This document shows, in pieces, positions 35,930 to 36,535 of a stretch of 36,535 nt of DNA (position 1 is the stretch's first letter; each line of letters opens with the position of its first letter). The DNA is taken from the sequence record SRR20825006_567. The stretch is one strand, 5' to 3'. A program made the position numbers and the translations under genes. The notes below the pieces were generated by a model. The model searched no databases, was not told where the DNA came from, and saw only the letters and a program-made list of their open reading frames with translations.

Positions 35930-36370
35930 GTGCTGGATATTTCAGAAGTGGCGCAGCGCGCTGGGTTGCCTGCGTCGACCCTGCGCTATTACGAAGAGAA
36001 AGGATTGATCATGTCCACGGGGCGGCGGGGGATAAAACGCCTGTTTGCGCCTGTAGTGCTGGACCAATTGGCGTTGATTGCGCTGGGTCGGGCGGCGGGC
36101 TTTTCACTCGACGAAATTGGCGCCATGTTTGATGCCCGTGGCGAGCCGCAGATTGACCGTCAAACCCTGGTCGACCGGGCGGATTCGCTGGACGTCACGA
36201 TTCGCCGGTTGTCTGCCATGCGGGACGGGCTGCGGCATGCGGCAAAGTGTCAGGCACCCAGCCATCTGGAGTGCCCACAGTTTCGGCGCCTGATGACGGT
36301 GGCGCTGGCTAGGAAGAAGGGAGAAAAAGCGCGCGGGTCTGCGGGTGCGGGCCGGTTCGGAAAGCCGTGA
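35930..36370 (+). CDS. MerR family transcriptional regulator
   Basis: LDISEVAQRAGLPASTLRYYEEKGLI; AGFSLDEI; C-terminal C-x7-C (CQAPSHLEC). Confidence 0.9.
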   Translation: MLDISEVAQRAGLPASTLRYYEEKGLIMSTGRRGIKRLFAPVVLDQLALIALGRAAGFSLDEIGAMFDARGEPQIDRQTLVDRADSLDVTIRRLSAMRDGLRHAAKCQAPSHLECPQFRRLMTVALARKKGEKARGSAGAGRFGKP

Positions 36371-36422
36371 TGGTTCTGGCGTTGAGTGACAAGCGTATAT
36401 TGATGTCATCAGGGAGGTGAGT

Positions 36423-36524
36423 ATGGATAGAAAAGAACGATCCCGCAGGATGCAGTATTCCAGCAACCGTGGAGGCGCCCGGCATACCGTGCGCTATGTG
36501 GAAAGCAAGGGAGCCTCTGAATAA
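36423..36524 (+). CDS. Possible 33-aa small ORF (MDRKERSRRMQYSSNRGGARHTVRYVESKGASE)
   Basis: Strong SD GGGAGGTGA just before the ATG; no recognisable family. Confidence 0.3.
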   Translation: MDRKERSRRMQYSSNRGGARHTVRYVESKGASE

Positions 36525-36535
36525 CTCCTTGCATG

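Noticed and set aside
35930-36370. Calling the MerR regulator soxR
   Set aside because: It lacks the four-Cys [2Fe-2S] motif despite the soxbox-like operator
1-36535. tRNA, rRNA, riboswitch, prophage or integrase
   Set aside because: No recognisable signature by eye; an Rfam/tRNAscan run would be needed to exclude small RNAs

Overview
GC-rich gammaproteobacterial chromosomal window. The gene content (AlkJ-like GMC oxidoreductase, Acr1-like reductase, GTAG-type REP elements) suggests a marine hydrocarbon degrader such as Alcanivorax, but this is an inference. It holds about 36 CDS: an RlmI-like rRNA methyltransferase followed by a minimal K+ channel; a TetR/nitronate monooxygenase/NTF2 unit with a visible operator; a stand-alone PtsP-type GAF protein; creBCD with a cre-tag-like repeat; a mexL-mexJK-like RND efflux locus; a cupredoxin divergent from a GluR0-type ligand-gated K+ channel; a receiver/PAS-kinase/DUF6901 operon; a czcCBA-like heavy-metal RND operon; fatty alcohol/aldehyde redox enzymes; and several small accessory genes ending in a MerR/DUF2938 pair with a soxbox-like 19-bp-spacer promoter. 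No rRNA, tRNA, CRISPR array, integrase or transposase was seen. The best candidate for an undescribed system is the small exported His/Cys leader ORF upstream of czcC. It ends in RPPIA, and its last codons are complementary to the czcC ribosome-binding site, which suggests metal-responsive ribosome-stalling control. All family assignments come from motif recognition by eye, not from database searches.
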